A DNA stretch of 24,893 nt from an uncultured Candidatus Peribacteria bacterium (GCA_964645805.1 CAZYBL010000002.1:1-24893), one strand, 5' to 3'. Shown: positions 8,958 through 15,982, counted from the first letter of the stretch. Made by a program: numbers and translations. The notes: generated by a model from the sequence alone, not told the origin.

Positions 8958-10001
8958 GTATCTCCCCCTAATAACCTCAGCCTCTATATCAGCAGGCTCA
9001 TCAACTACAAATTTGATTGTTCTCCTCCTACTCGCACGTATATCTGCACGCAAAGTCATAAGCCTCTCGTGATTTTTCCTAATTATCAAAGGAGGATCAA
9101 ATACAATTCGAACTCGGTCTCCTTCCAGATATCGAGAAGTTTTGCTTCCAGGCAACCACAAATTATGCAAATCTTTGTTACGCGCAGAACCTTCGTTGGT
9201 CATTGTTATCGCACGAATCTTGTGATCGTCTTTCTCGTCTGCTCTTAGAATGAACCTGGCAACGGTTCTTCTAGGCCCATAAGTTACTCTTCTAAGTAAT
9301 TTTAAATATTCAACAGATATTTCCCCAACTTCCTCCCCACCAACCGATACCGTCGCAGCTTCGGCACCACACTGGCCGGCTTCTGTAGACGAAAACCTGG
9401 AACCCATCATATATAATCCTCTACTTCCACATTCCAGTCGATCGGAATCCACTTCCTCCTCTTCCGAAGTAGCCCTTGAGCTTTTCTCAAATATTTTTAT
9501 GTCTGTTGCTGATGAAACAATATCATCGGCTGACTGAAGTACAATCCTGTGCTCCCCTGCATTCTGTGCGCTTGCGTAGAAATCTGCGTAAATCATAATG
9601 GTCTTCTCTTCACAAGCTGGAATTGTGAATGACCTTACCCTGAGTCTGATCCGCCCATCCCTTCTATTAAGCCTATGCATACCAGAAAGCCTGGTTTGAT
9701 CATGCATTGCATAGATGTACTTAATATCTCTGTAATTCCCCATCCCCTTCCTCTTTAAAGCTAATGACTTTAGTGAAACATCGCTTCCACCACATCTTGC
9801 CTTGAATTTAAGCTCCAACATATTCACCCTATTTGCACCCGGTGGAACGGTGCCCCCCGCCTTTGGAACAACTGTAACATCAAGTGATGAGTGGTGTTCG
9901 GTAGTCCTGATCTCACGATAGGTCTGCGGCGGCCTTAGGTCCGGGGTATTCGTAACCTGGAAATGGTGGAGGTAGTAGGCGAGGATGAGCGAAGAGACCA
10001 T
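8949..10001 (-). CDS. hypothetical secreted/surface protein
   Basis: 350-aa ORF with a hydrophobic N-terminus and two beta-rich repeat-like domains (RVNMLELKFKARCG; RTVARFILRAD). TATAAT lies 6 nt before the ATG. Confidence 0.8.
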   Translation of the reverse strand: MVSSLILAYYLHHFQVTNTPDLRPPQTYREIRTTEHHSSLDVTVVPKAGGTVPPGANRVNMLELKFKARCGGSDVSLKSLALKRKGMGNYRDIKYIYAMHDQTRLSGMHRLNRRDGRIRLRVRSFTIPACEEKTIMIYADFYASAQNAGEHRIVLQSADDIVSSATDIKIFEKSSRATSEEEEVDSDRLECGSRGLYMMGSRFSSTEAGQCGAEAATVSVGGEEVGEISVEYLKLLRRVTYGPRRTVARFILRADEKDDHKIRAITMTNEGSARNKDLHNLWLPGSKTSRYLEGDRVRIVFDPPLIIRKNHERLMTLRADIRASRRRTIKFVVDEPADIEAEVIRGRYNN

Positions 10002-10033
10002 GTTTACATTATATAGTTGATGATGTTAATTAG

Positions 10034-10113
10034 GGTTTGCTGGTTTTTGGTTTTTGGTTTTTGGTTCTACTGCGCTACTGCGCTTAAAAACCAAAAACTA
10101 ATAACCAAAAACT
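10034..10113. repeat. inverted pair of heptamer arrays (TGGTTTT)n / (AAAAACC)n
   Basis: Left arm 10034-10067, spacer TACTGCGC x2, right arm 10085-10113. Confidence 0.9.
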
Positions 10114-10122
10114 CATCGGGGA

Positions 10123-10974
10123 CTACCAGCTTCCTCCGGCCCCCCCTCCCCCAAACGACCCTCCTCCAAATCCCCCACCTCCTCTTCCACCACCAAAACC
10201 TCCTCCCCAACCGCTGGAGCCTCCGTCGCCTCTCCACTTTTTAATCTTCTTGTAATGTTTGGAAACCATGTAATCAAAAACCAGGCCAATCAAAGTTATA
10301 ACCGGAATCGAAAGCCACCAACCAAAAGCCATAGTCATAATAATTCCGGCAACTGCTCCAAACACTCCACCCAGCCACCAGGATTTTGTCCTACCAAGAA
10401 GAGCTACAAAGAAATCTAATATTATCAAAAGCCAGAAAAACGCCCAGATCATCCAAAATCCAAACACACTCCCTTTGTTCGAACTGTACCTATCAGCCGT
10501 GTACTCACCACCGATATGTTTTTTAATTGCCTCAATGCCCGACATAAGACCATTGAAATAATCCCCTTCTCTGAATGCAGGAACAATCTCGGTATCAATA
10601 ATTCCTTTCGCAACTATATCGGGCACTGCACCCTCTAATCCATAGCCAGTCGCGAGGAAGAGATCGCGATCTTGGTATGAAACTAAAATTAAAATCCCAT
10701 TGTCTTTTTCTTTCTGACCAACCCCCCAAGCGCGCCCCACTTCAAACGCAGTATCTGCAATCGGTTCACCTTCCAGAGTTTCTATGATAAGCACTGCAAT
10801 CTCATTCGAAGTTTCATCCTCATAAGCACTGAGCATTGTCTCCATAATCTGCTCCTGGTCTTTATCAAGCATCCCCGCTTCATCTGTGACGAAGCCGTCA
10901 TTAGGAGGAATTGAGAAAGCTTGAGCTGTTGATAGAACTAAGAATGATGCGAGTAAGATACTTCTCATAAACAT
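10123..10974 (-). CDS. TPM domain protein
   Basis: Signal peptide, FVTDEAGML, EIAVLII, GVGQKEKDNGILILV, ATGYGLEGAVPD, two TM helices and a Gly-rich tail ending GGAGGSW; adjacent to lemA. Confidence 0.92.
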   Translation of the reverse strand: MFMRSILLASFLVLSTAQAFSIPPNDGFVTDEAGMLDKDQEQIMETMLSAYEDETSNEIAVLIIETLEGEPIADTAFEVGRAWGVGQKEKDNGILILVSYQDRDLFLATGYGLEGAVPDIVAKGIIDTEIVPAFREGDYFNGLMSGIEAIKKHIGGEYTADRYSSNKGSVFGFWMIWAFFWLLIILDFFVALLGRTKSWWLGGVFGAVAGIIMTMAFGWWLSIPVITLIGLVFDYMVSKHYKKIKKWRGDGGSSGWGGGFGGGRGGGGFGGGSFGGGGAGGSW

Positions 10975-10978
10975 AAGC

Positions 10979-11003
10979 AACCAAAAACCAAAAACTAAAA
11001 ACT
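10979..11003. repeat. heptamer array (AAAACCA/AAAACTA)
   Basis: Three to four units overlapping the lemA stop. Confidence 0.75.
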
Positions 11004-11555
11004 TACATCAGGTACCTCATCTGATCCCTCCTCCGCCTCAAAGAAACTTTCCGGACTGAAGCCGAAGATCCTTGCAAGAAGAAGCCCCGGGAATCTCTTA
11101 ACCTTTACATTGAACATCCTGACTGACTCATTAAAGTCCCGCCTTGCAACAGCTACTCTATTTTCAGTCCCTTCAAGCTGAGCCATTAAGTCACGATACG
11201 CTTGGGTGGCTTGTAGCTGAGGATAGTTTTCGAATGTCAGTAACAACCTGGCTAATGCTGAGTCCATACCCTGCGCAGCTTCGATCTTAGATCCCCTATC
11301 CCCCGCTCCCATCCACTTGGTCCTAGCTTCTGTAACTGCAATGAATGTTCCTTGCTCAAACTCTGCAGCTCCTTTGACGGTGCTTACTAAATTAGGAATC
11401 AGATCAGCCCGCCTCTGATACTGCGTCTCAACTTGTGCCCACTGAGCGTCTACAGTTTCTTTGGCAGAAACAAATCCATTGTAACCAGTCCAGATCCAAA
11501 GAGCTCCGATTACAACAACCGCCAATACAATTATTAGTGATGTTTTGGATTTCAT
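10995..11555 (-). CDS. lemA: LemA family protein
   Basis: N-terminal TM, YNGFV, QYQRRADLIPNLV, ENYPQL, QLEGTENRVAVARRDFN. Confidence 0.95.
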   Translation of the reverse strand: MKSKTSLIIVLAVVVIGALWIWTGYNGFVSAKETVDAQWAQVETQYQRRADLIPNLVSTVKGAAEFEQGTFIAVTEARTKWMGAGDRGSKIEAAQGMDSALARLLLTFENYPQLQATQAYRDLMAQLEGTENRVAVARRDFNESVRMFNVKVKRFPGLLLARIFGFSPESFFEAEEGSDEVPDVSF

Positions 11556-11556
11556 G

Positions 11557-11659
11557 AAGTGAAAAGTTAAAAGTTAAAAGTGAAAAGTTAATAACAAAGT
11601 TAACAACATTGATAGTGTAGCAAATCACTATTCACTATTCACTATTAACTATTCATTTT
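11557..11659. repeat. inverted pair of heptamer arrays (AAGTKAA)n / (TCACTAT)n
   Basis: Left arm 11557-11603 and right arm 11625-11659; the reverse complement of the right unit (AGTGAAT) nearly matches the left unit (AGTGAAA/AGTTAAA). Confidence 0.9.
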
Positions 11660-11891
11660 ATTGTACCCTAGACACTGTCCAACGAGTATCAGCTACAACT
11701 GCAGTTACACCCTCATCAAGCTGATGTACCCCTTCTGTAAGACCACTTTCACGATCACCAGTTTCCGCCTCTCTCTTTTCTCTCTCCCTTTTAAGCTCAC
11801 GCATCCTCCTGTCAAAACTATCTGAATCTACAACTGTCATTGGACGATCGCCTATCGTATGGCCTGCGTTTTCCTTGTGAAAATCCTTCAT
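11658..11891 (-). CDS. hypothetical protein (77 aa)
   Basis: ATG at 11891 lies 7 nt after TTGACT-N16-GATACT; charged helical segment RRMRELKREREKRE. Confidence 0.55.
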   Translation of the reverse strand: MKDFHKENAGHTIGDRPMTVVDSDSFDRRMRELKREREKREAETGDRESGLTEGVHQLDEGVTAVVADTRWTVSRVQ

Positions 11892-11947
11892 GCGCCCGAG
11901 TATCGTTATTTTTTGTGACAAGTCAAATATTTTTGAAAGGAAAGTTG

Positions 11948-12047
11948 GCTTCCTCCTCTCCCCCAACCCCCTCTCCAACGGAGAGGAGGCCTATTAAATA
12001 AGCTCCCCTTCCTCCCTCGGAGGAAGGGGCTGGGGGATGGAGGAAGC
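11948..12047. repeat. inverted REP doublet (REPIN/BIME-like)
   Basis: Unit A is GCTTCCTCCTCTCCCCCAACCCC-CTCTCC-aac-GGAGAGG. Unit B reverse-complemented is GCTTCCTCCATCCCCCAGCCCC-TTCCTCC-gag-GGAGGAAGGGG. The units are separated by a 13-nt AT spacer. Confidence 0.8.
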
Positions 12048-12096
12048 TTAAACACTCTAGCCATAAGAGTATTTATTGGAATAACATAGAGCACAT

Positions 12097-12160
12097 CGGG
12101 GTGTAGCTTCAGCCTTCGCTCCTCGACAAGCTCGGAGCTACGGCCGACAAGCAGTTGGCT
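12097..12160 (+). pseudogene. 5' fragment of tRNA-Pro interrupted by a 43-nt palindromic insert
   Basis: CGGGGTGTAGCT (12097-12108) + insert + CAGTTGGCT (12152-12160) matches the first 21 nt of the downstream tRNA-Pro with one mismatch. Confidence 0.7.
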
Positions 12161-12180
12161 TTCCATTATCATAGATACAT

Positions 12181-12257
12181 CGGGATGTAGCTCAGTTGGC
12201 TAGAGTGCGTCGTTCGGGACGACGAGGTCATCGGTTCAAGTCCGATCATCCCGACCA
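12181..12257 (+). tRNA. tRNA-Pro (anticodon CGG)
   Basis: Acceptor CGGGATG/CATCCCG, anticodon arm CGTCG-ttCGGga-CGACG, GGTTCAAGTCC T-loop and encoded CCA. Confidence 0.97.
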
Positions 12258-12295
12258 GTTCAGACAAAAGGATCAAACCCAACTATAAAGCACGA

Positions 12296-12324
12296 TTGAC
12301 TCCTCTCCCCTTTTATTGTACTCT
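12296..12324 (+). promoter_or_regulatory. sigma70-type promoter
   Basis: TTGACT-N17-TACTCT upstream of the 12419 gene. Confidence 0.5.
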
Positions 12325-12418
12325 TCACTAGTAGTTCCTTTTACCCGCTAAACTTAGTAAAGAGCGTAAGACACAGTTTAGCAATGTTTCACGTCACCCT
12401 TTCACGGGAGGAAATGTC

Positions 12419-12991
12419 ATGAAGGTGTTCACTACTGGACAGGTCGCGAAGATCTGCAAAGTGGCCCCGCGGACGGTCGGCAAGTGGTTCGACTCGGGCC
12501 GACTGAAGGGGTACCGAATCCCCGGCAGCCAAGACCGCCGTATTCCAAGGGAATACCTGATCAAGTTCCTGAAGGAACACGGTATGCCCCTTGGCGACCT
12601 CGAAGACGAGTGTATGGCCAAGGTGCTGCTCGTGGCTCAGGACCAGGTTTTGATCGAGGACCTGAAGCGCGAACTGCCGCCCGAAAGGTCCTTCAAGGTC
12701 GCGGTCGCAGCCAGCGGCTTCGAGTGCGGGATTCAGGCCGAGAGCTTTCACCCGGACTGTATCATCATCGACTTCAGTATCGGGAAGATCGAAGCATTGC
12801 AGATTTGCCAGAATCTGCGCAAGAACATGGACTTCACCGAGACGATCATCGTCGCGCTGCTGCCCGACGACGGCCAACCGATGAGCTTCGATCGGTCCGC
12901 GATCAACGAAACGTTCAAGAAGCCGTTCGACGCGAGGTTGCTCGCGGAGCGCCTACGGACGCTGATCGGCGCGACAAAGGAACTGGTCTGA
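12419..12991 (+). CDS. excisionase/MerR-like HTH + atypical receiver-domain regulator
   Basis: N-terminal FTTGQVAKICKVAPRTVGKWFDSGRLKGYRIPGSQDRRIPRE winged HTH. C-terminal REC-like fold (PDCIIID, FKKPF). GGAGG SD; about 60% GC by eye. Confidence 0.9.
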   Translation: MKVFTTGQVAKICKVAPRTVGKWFDSGRLKGYRIPGSQDRRIPREYLIKFLKEHGMPLGDLEDECMAKVLLVAQDQVLIEDLKRELPPERSFKVAVAASGFECGIQAESFHPDCIIIDFSIGKIEALQICQNLRKNMDFTETIIVALLPDDGQPMSFDRSAINETFKKPFDARLLAERLRTLIGATKELV

Positions 12992-13024
12992 TTCGGGAAT
13001 CTGGCAACCTGAATTGGACAAATC

Positions 13025-13060
13025 AAGCCCTGCTGCAGCCAATGCAACAGGGCTTTTCTT
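13025..13060 (+). terminator. intrinsic terminator
   Basis: AAGCCCTG-c-TGCA-gccaa-TGCA-a-CAGGGCTT followed by TTCTT. Confidence 0.8.
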
Positions 13061-13072
13061 ATATTGTCTGAA

Positions 13073-13153
13073 CCACGGATTACACGGATGGCACGGATTT
13101 CACGGATAACTTTATCAGTGAAATCAGCGTATAAAAAATCAGCGTAATTAGCG
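13073..13153. repeat. 9-nt-period inverted repeat element
   Basis: CACGGAT at 13074, 13083, 13092 and 13101 (exact 9-nt period), then near-complementary ATCAGTG/ATCAGCG/ATCAGCG/ATTAGCG at 13114, 13123, 13138 and 13147. Confidence 0.85.
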
Positions 13154-13161
13154 TCTCACTA

Positions 13162-13189
13162 TTGACATCCAAACTCATTCCACTACAAT
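13162..13189 (+). promoter_or_regulatory. sigma70-type promoter of the Ile-leader operon
   Basis: TTGACA-N16-TACAAT; leader ATG 10 nt downstream. Confidence 0.75.
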
Positions 13190-13199
13190 CCCCACAGAA

Positions 13200-13247
13200 A
13201 TGATCCAGAAATCAATCATTATCAGCATTATTATTAGCCCACGCTAG
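13200..13247 (+). CDS. Ile-rich attenuator leader peptide MIQKSIIISIIISPR
   Basis: 7 Ile in 15 codons, in two runs of three; lies between the promoter and alternative hairpins. Confidence 0.75.
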   Translation: MIQKSIIISIIISPR

Positions 13248-13305
13248 CGCGAGGAGGTAATACTGACTGATAAATTATCACCCCGCGCAAAGCGGGTTTT
13301 TGTTT
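13239..13305 (+). promoter_or_regulatory. transcription attenuator (Ile)
   Basis: 1:2 is CC-a-CGC/GCG-a-GG (13239-13254). The 2:3 antiterminator pairs 13247-13261 with 13274-13288 (13 of 15 pairs). The 3:4 terminator is CCCGC-gcaaa-GCGGG followed by TTTTTGTTT. Confidence 0.75.
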
Positions 13306-13322
13306 ATATTCCCCAAATTACC

Positions 13323-13517
13323 ATGGTAGAAGAAGAAACAGATGTTTGTTTAGATACTGCACCAACGGCAGAAACTGATAAACAACCTTGTAGCACTGAG
13401 GTAGGAAGACTGCGGTCTGAAGCAAAGGGTCAGGTCGTCATTGTAAATGTCTTCCCAGTTCCACCAACCGATTCTGACGCGAATACAGGAGGTTTTTTTG
13501 ATGAATCAGAAATGTAA
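13323..13517 (+). CDS. hypothetical protein (64 aa, acidic)
   Basis: First ATG after the attenuator; no recognisable motif. Confidence 0.45.
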   Translation: MVEEETDVCLDTAPTAETDKQPCSTEVGRLRSEAKGQVVIVNVFPVPPTDSDANTGGFFDESEM

Positions 13518-13551
13518 TCTTTGCTGATTTTATTACTTATTCCCATTTATC

Positions 13552-13968
13552 ATGGCACCCAACGAAAACTTACAACTCAGATTCTCAGGCAATTCGCATG
13601 CTTATTATAAAGTTGATGATAATGGTAGGACTATCGAATTATCTGTACAAAAACCACGTCAAATGACAGATGAAGCTGCAAAAGAAATAAGAACTATGGT
13701 TTTTGAGCCTTTACTAACTCAAATTACTTCATTGCCTCCTAATTCAGATCCTGGCTCTGCTCACTTTACACCAGAGATAAGAGTTAGTTTGCCAGGTGAT
13801 TATACTAGTTTCACTAAATCAGGAAGATGTATTGAAAGAGTTCGTGATGATATTGAAGTTCAATTAAACAATTGCCCTAATGCTAACGGTTCAGCGGAAT
13901 CAGTTCTCGATCCAATCAGGCACAGATTAGATAAATGGTTAAGAGTCACAGAAGCGCTTAATTTATGA
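13552..13968 (+). CDS. hypothetical protein (138 aa)
   Basis: Open frame with host-like composition; no recognisable family. Confidence 0.7.
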   Translation: MAPNENLQLRFSGNSHAYYKVDDNGRTIELSVQKPRQMTDEAAKEIRTMVFEPLLTQITSLPPNSDPGSAHFTPEIRVSLPGDYTSFTKSGRCIERVRDDIEVQLNNCPNANGSAESVLDPIRHRLDKWLRVTEALNL

Positions 13969-14246
13969 AATACTTGGCTTCTATAAGCCATTTATCATAC
14001 CTAGTTGAACAAATATTGTATACAAGAATCACCCCTCATTTGTACACTCTTATTTACATTAATCCCCTTCCCAACTACCCCACTTTCATTCTCTCCAAAT
14101 CCCCATTTCCCCACCCAAAAATCGACCTATTCAAGCTGAACACAAAATTTAGTCAAGTGTAGCCAGAAACCGCTTTGGTAAGCTGTAAAGTCCCTAATCT
14201 ACCCCAAAGATTCTATAGTAATATCGTGAAACAGATATCACATCAA

Positions 14247-14333
14247 ATGCCGATTGAGCTTGTTTGGAGCCACGCTCTGCTGATAGCTTCGTTCACTCTG
14301 ATACTTGTGATGAGTGTGCCGACGATTGGATAA
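14247..14333 (+). CDS. small hydrophobic peptide, 28 aa (not in the ORF track)
   Basis: MPIELVWSHALLIASFTLILVMSVPTIG*; the stop is followed directly by a heptamer array, as for many real genes here. Confidence 0.4.
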   Translation: MPIELVWSHALLIASFTLILVMSVPTIG

Positions 14334-14339
14334 GAATGA

Positions 14340-14418
14340 AGTCAAAGGTCGAAGGTCAAATGTCCAAAGTCTTTCGACTTTTGACTTTTGACCAAACCTC
14401 CGACTTTAGACCTTAGAC
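14340..14418. repeat. inverted heptamer arrays (RGTCRAA)n / (GACTTTT)n
   Basis: AGTCAAA-GGTCGAA-GGTCAAA-TGTCCAA-AGTC, then GACTTTT-GACTTTT-GACC and GACTTTA-GACCTTA-GAC. Confidence 0.85.
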
Positions 14419-14423
14419 ACGTC

Positions 14424-14452
14424 TTGCAATAACCCCCCACCAGGCGTAATCT
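14424..14452 (+). promoter_or_regulatory. sigma70-type promoter of the serA-like leader
   Basis: TTGCAA-N17-TAATCT; GTG 7 nt downstream (leaderless geometry). Confidence 0.55.
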
Positions 14453-14459
14453 CTGTACA

Positions 14460-14519
14460 GTGAACACCGCCTACATCCTCAACTGCTCCCCCATTGCCTC
14501 TTGTACATCAAGAGGGTGA
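14460..14519 (+). CDS. Cys/Ser-containing attenuator leader peptide MNTAYILNCSPIASCTSRG
   Basis: GTG start, 19 codons with C-S and S-C-T-S; the TGA lies inside attenuator segment 2. Confidence 0.65.
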   Translation: MNTAYILNCSPIASCTSRG

Positions 14520-14573
14520 GCTTTTGAACATTTGTAAACAATTTCACCCTCGACAAACGCGCGAGGTTTTTTT
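14497..14573 (+). promoter_or_regulatory. transcription attenuator (Ser/Cys)
   Basis: 1:2 CCTCTTG/CAAGAGG (14497-14503/14509-14515, perfect 7 bp). 2:3 GAGGGTGA/TCACCCTC (14512-14519/14544-14551, perfect 8 bp). 3:4 CCTCG/CGAGG (14548-14552/14562-14566) followed by T7. Confidence 0.8.
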
Positions 14574-14602
14574 ATATTTATTTCCTTTTCCCAAATTACA
14601 TT

Positions 14603-15982
14603 ATGAACAGAGCACCAACATATTTAGGAGACTTGATGGCAGACCCAGATGGTCGGCCACACCAGGACAGCGCACTCATTGTTGCAACTGGCAAAGATAT
14701 GAGTGTACAAGCGATGAGAGATAGATTGGAGAATCTTCCTGTTATAGTAACTGACAACGATGACATGAAACCAACAGACGAACCTGGATTTCAGATAAGT
14801 GTGGCTGCTGTTAGAAGTGAAAATAAATTCCAAAATAATGAAACATTCCAGCTTCACCCCAAACTATTTGGTATAGCACGAGCTGGTAATGGAACAGATA
14901 ATCTCACCTCATCAAAAGATGATCCACCAGAATACCCAGAGGCAGATGCAAACAATGTACTTATTCTTAATGCACCAGAAGGAAGTAGAAATGGAGTTGC
15001 AGAAATGGCATTGGCACATACCTTAACTGCTCTTAAAAATATTTCGCGCTCAACTGATGCCTATCAAGAAAGCGAATGGCTGAGAAAAGATCCGGCAGTT
15101 GCACCAAGAGAAATGCGAGAATTAACTGTTGGAGTATTAGGCTCAGGAGGTATAGGGCAGAAGTTTATGCAAATGTGCGCTGCATTAGGTACAACAGAAT
15201 TTTATCATTATGACAGAGTAACAAAAGGAGACATTCAAGTTGGAACAGATTCATCCGGTAAACCAGTTTATGCAAAACAGAAAGATATTGATTATGTAAT
15301 TGGCAAATGCGATGTGGTTAGTATTCACACCGGAGGAAAAGAGATGCTTATTAGCCCAGACGAGATCGCAAAGATGAAACGGGGAGGAGTCTTGATAAAC
15401 ACATCAAGAGCAAACAACATGGATTATGATGCTGCTTCCCAGGCTGCGATCAAAGGAGATATATTCTTTGGTGTCGACGTTTCTCCTTTTGAAAAGAATG
15501 ATGAAAAATTCGAGGAAGAAACTGTGAAACTGTTACAAGAAGCGGCACGAGCAAACCGTGCAACCATTACTCATCATCAATCTGCAAATAGCCCAATTGC
15601 GAAATCTGAAGTACTTGATGATACGGCAGACAGAATCAGGCATTTGATCGAAATTGGAACCCCATTAGGTGCGAAATTACCCCTAAATCTTCGTAACCCC
15701 AGTGAGGTAAGCATCGGAAGAAGGTCGGAGCCCGGTATTCGTCTAGTTGCAACCCATCCGGACAAAGATGGAGCTCATCATCAAATAACAGGTATTCTAA
15801 CAGACCAACATATCAGCTTCGGAAATTGCATTACAGTTGGTGATGGAAACAACGACAGCAAGATCGCTCAAAGTATTATTGATTTACCAAGTACAGTTAC
15901 CAGCGAAGGTGCAATCAAAGTTATGGAAGAAATAAAACGATTAAATTCTGCTGGCCGTGTCCGGCTTCTTGTCTGGGGTTAA
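14603..15982 (+). CDS. D-isomer 2-hydroxyacid dehydrogenase, SerA (D-3-phosphoglycerate dehydrogenase)-like, with ACT-like C-terminus
   Basis: VRSE, IARAGNGTDNL, NAPEGSRNGVAE, GVLGSGGIG (NAD), CDVVSIH, LINTSRA, GVDVSPFE and THHQSANS. The C-terminal LVATHPDKDG...ITGIL is ACT-like. The protein is divergent, so no symbol is assigned. Confidence 0.8.
   Translation: MNRAPTYLGDLMADPDGRPHQDSALIVATGKDMSVQAMRDRLENLPVIVTDNDDMKPTDEPGFQISVAAVRSENKFQNNETFQLHPKLFGIARAGNGTDNLTSSKDDPPEYPEADANNVLILNAPEGSRNGVAEMALAHTLTALKNISRSTDAYQESEWLRKDPAVAPREMRELTVGVLGSGGIGQKFMQMCAALGTTEFYHYDRVTKGDIQVGTDSSGKPVYAKQKDIDYVIGKCDVVSIHTGGKEMLISPDEIAKMKRGGVLINTSRANNMDYDAASQAAIKGDIFFGVDVSPFEKNDEKFEEETVKLLQEAARANRATITHHQSANSPIAKSEVLDDTADRIRHLIEIGTPLGAKLPLNLRNPSEVSIGRRSEPGIRLVATHPDKDGAHHQITGILTDQHISFGNCITVGDGNNDSKIAQSIIDLPSTVTSEGAIKVMEEIKRLNSAGRVRLLVWG

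Noticed and set aside
12389-13071. Long overlapping ORFs 12389-12877(-), 12484-13071(+), 12394-12621(-) and 12748-13047(-)
   Set aside because: Shadow frames of the GC-rich 12419-12991 gene; no motifs or expression signals.
13965-14162. 65-aa ORF after the 138-aa gene
   Set aside because: Low-complexity C/T-rich intergenic composition with no protein-like features.
12258-14340. Integrase-type genomic island at tRNA-Pro or tRNA-Leu
   Set aside because: No integrase and no duplicated tRNA 3' end (att site) found by eye.
10034-14418. CRISPR array
   Set aside because: The repeats are 7-9-nt tandem units with no unique spacers, and no cas genes are present.
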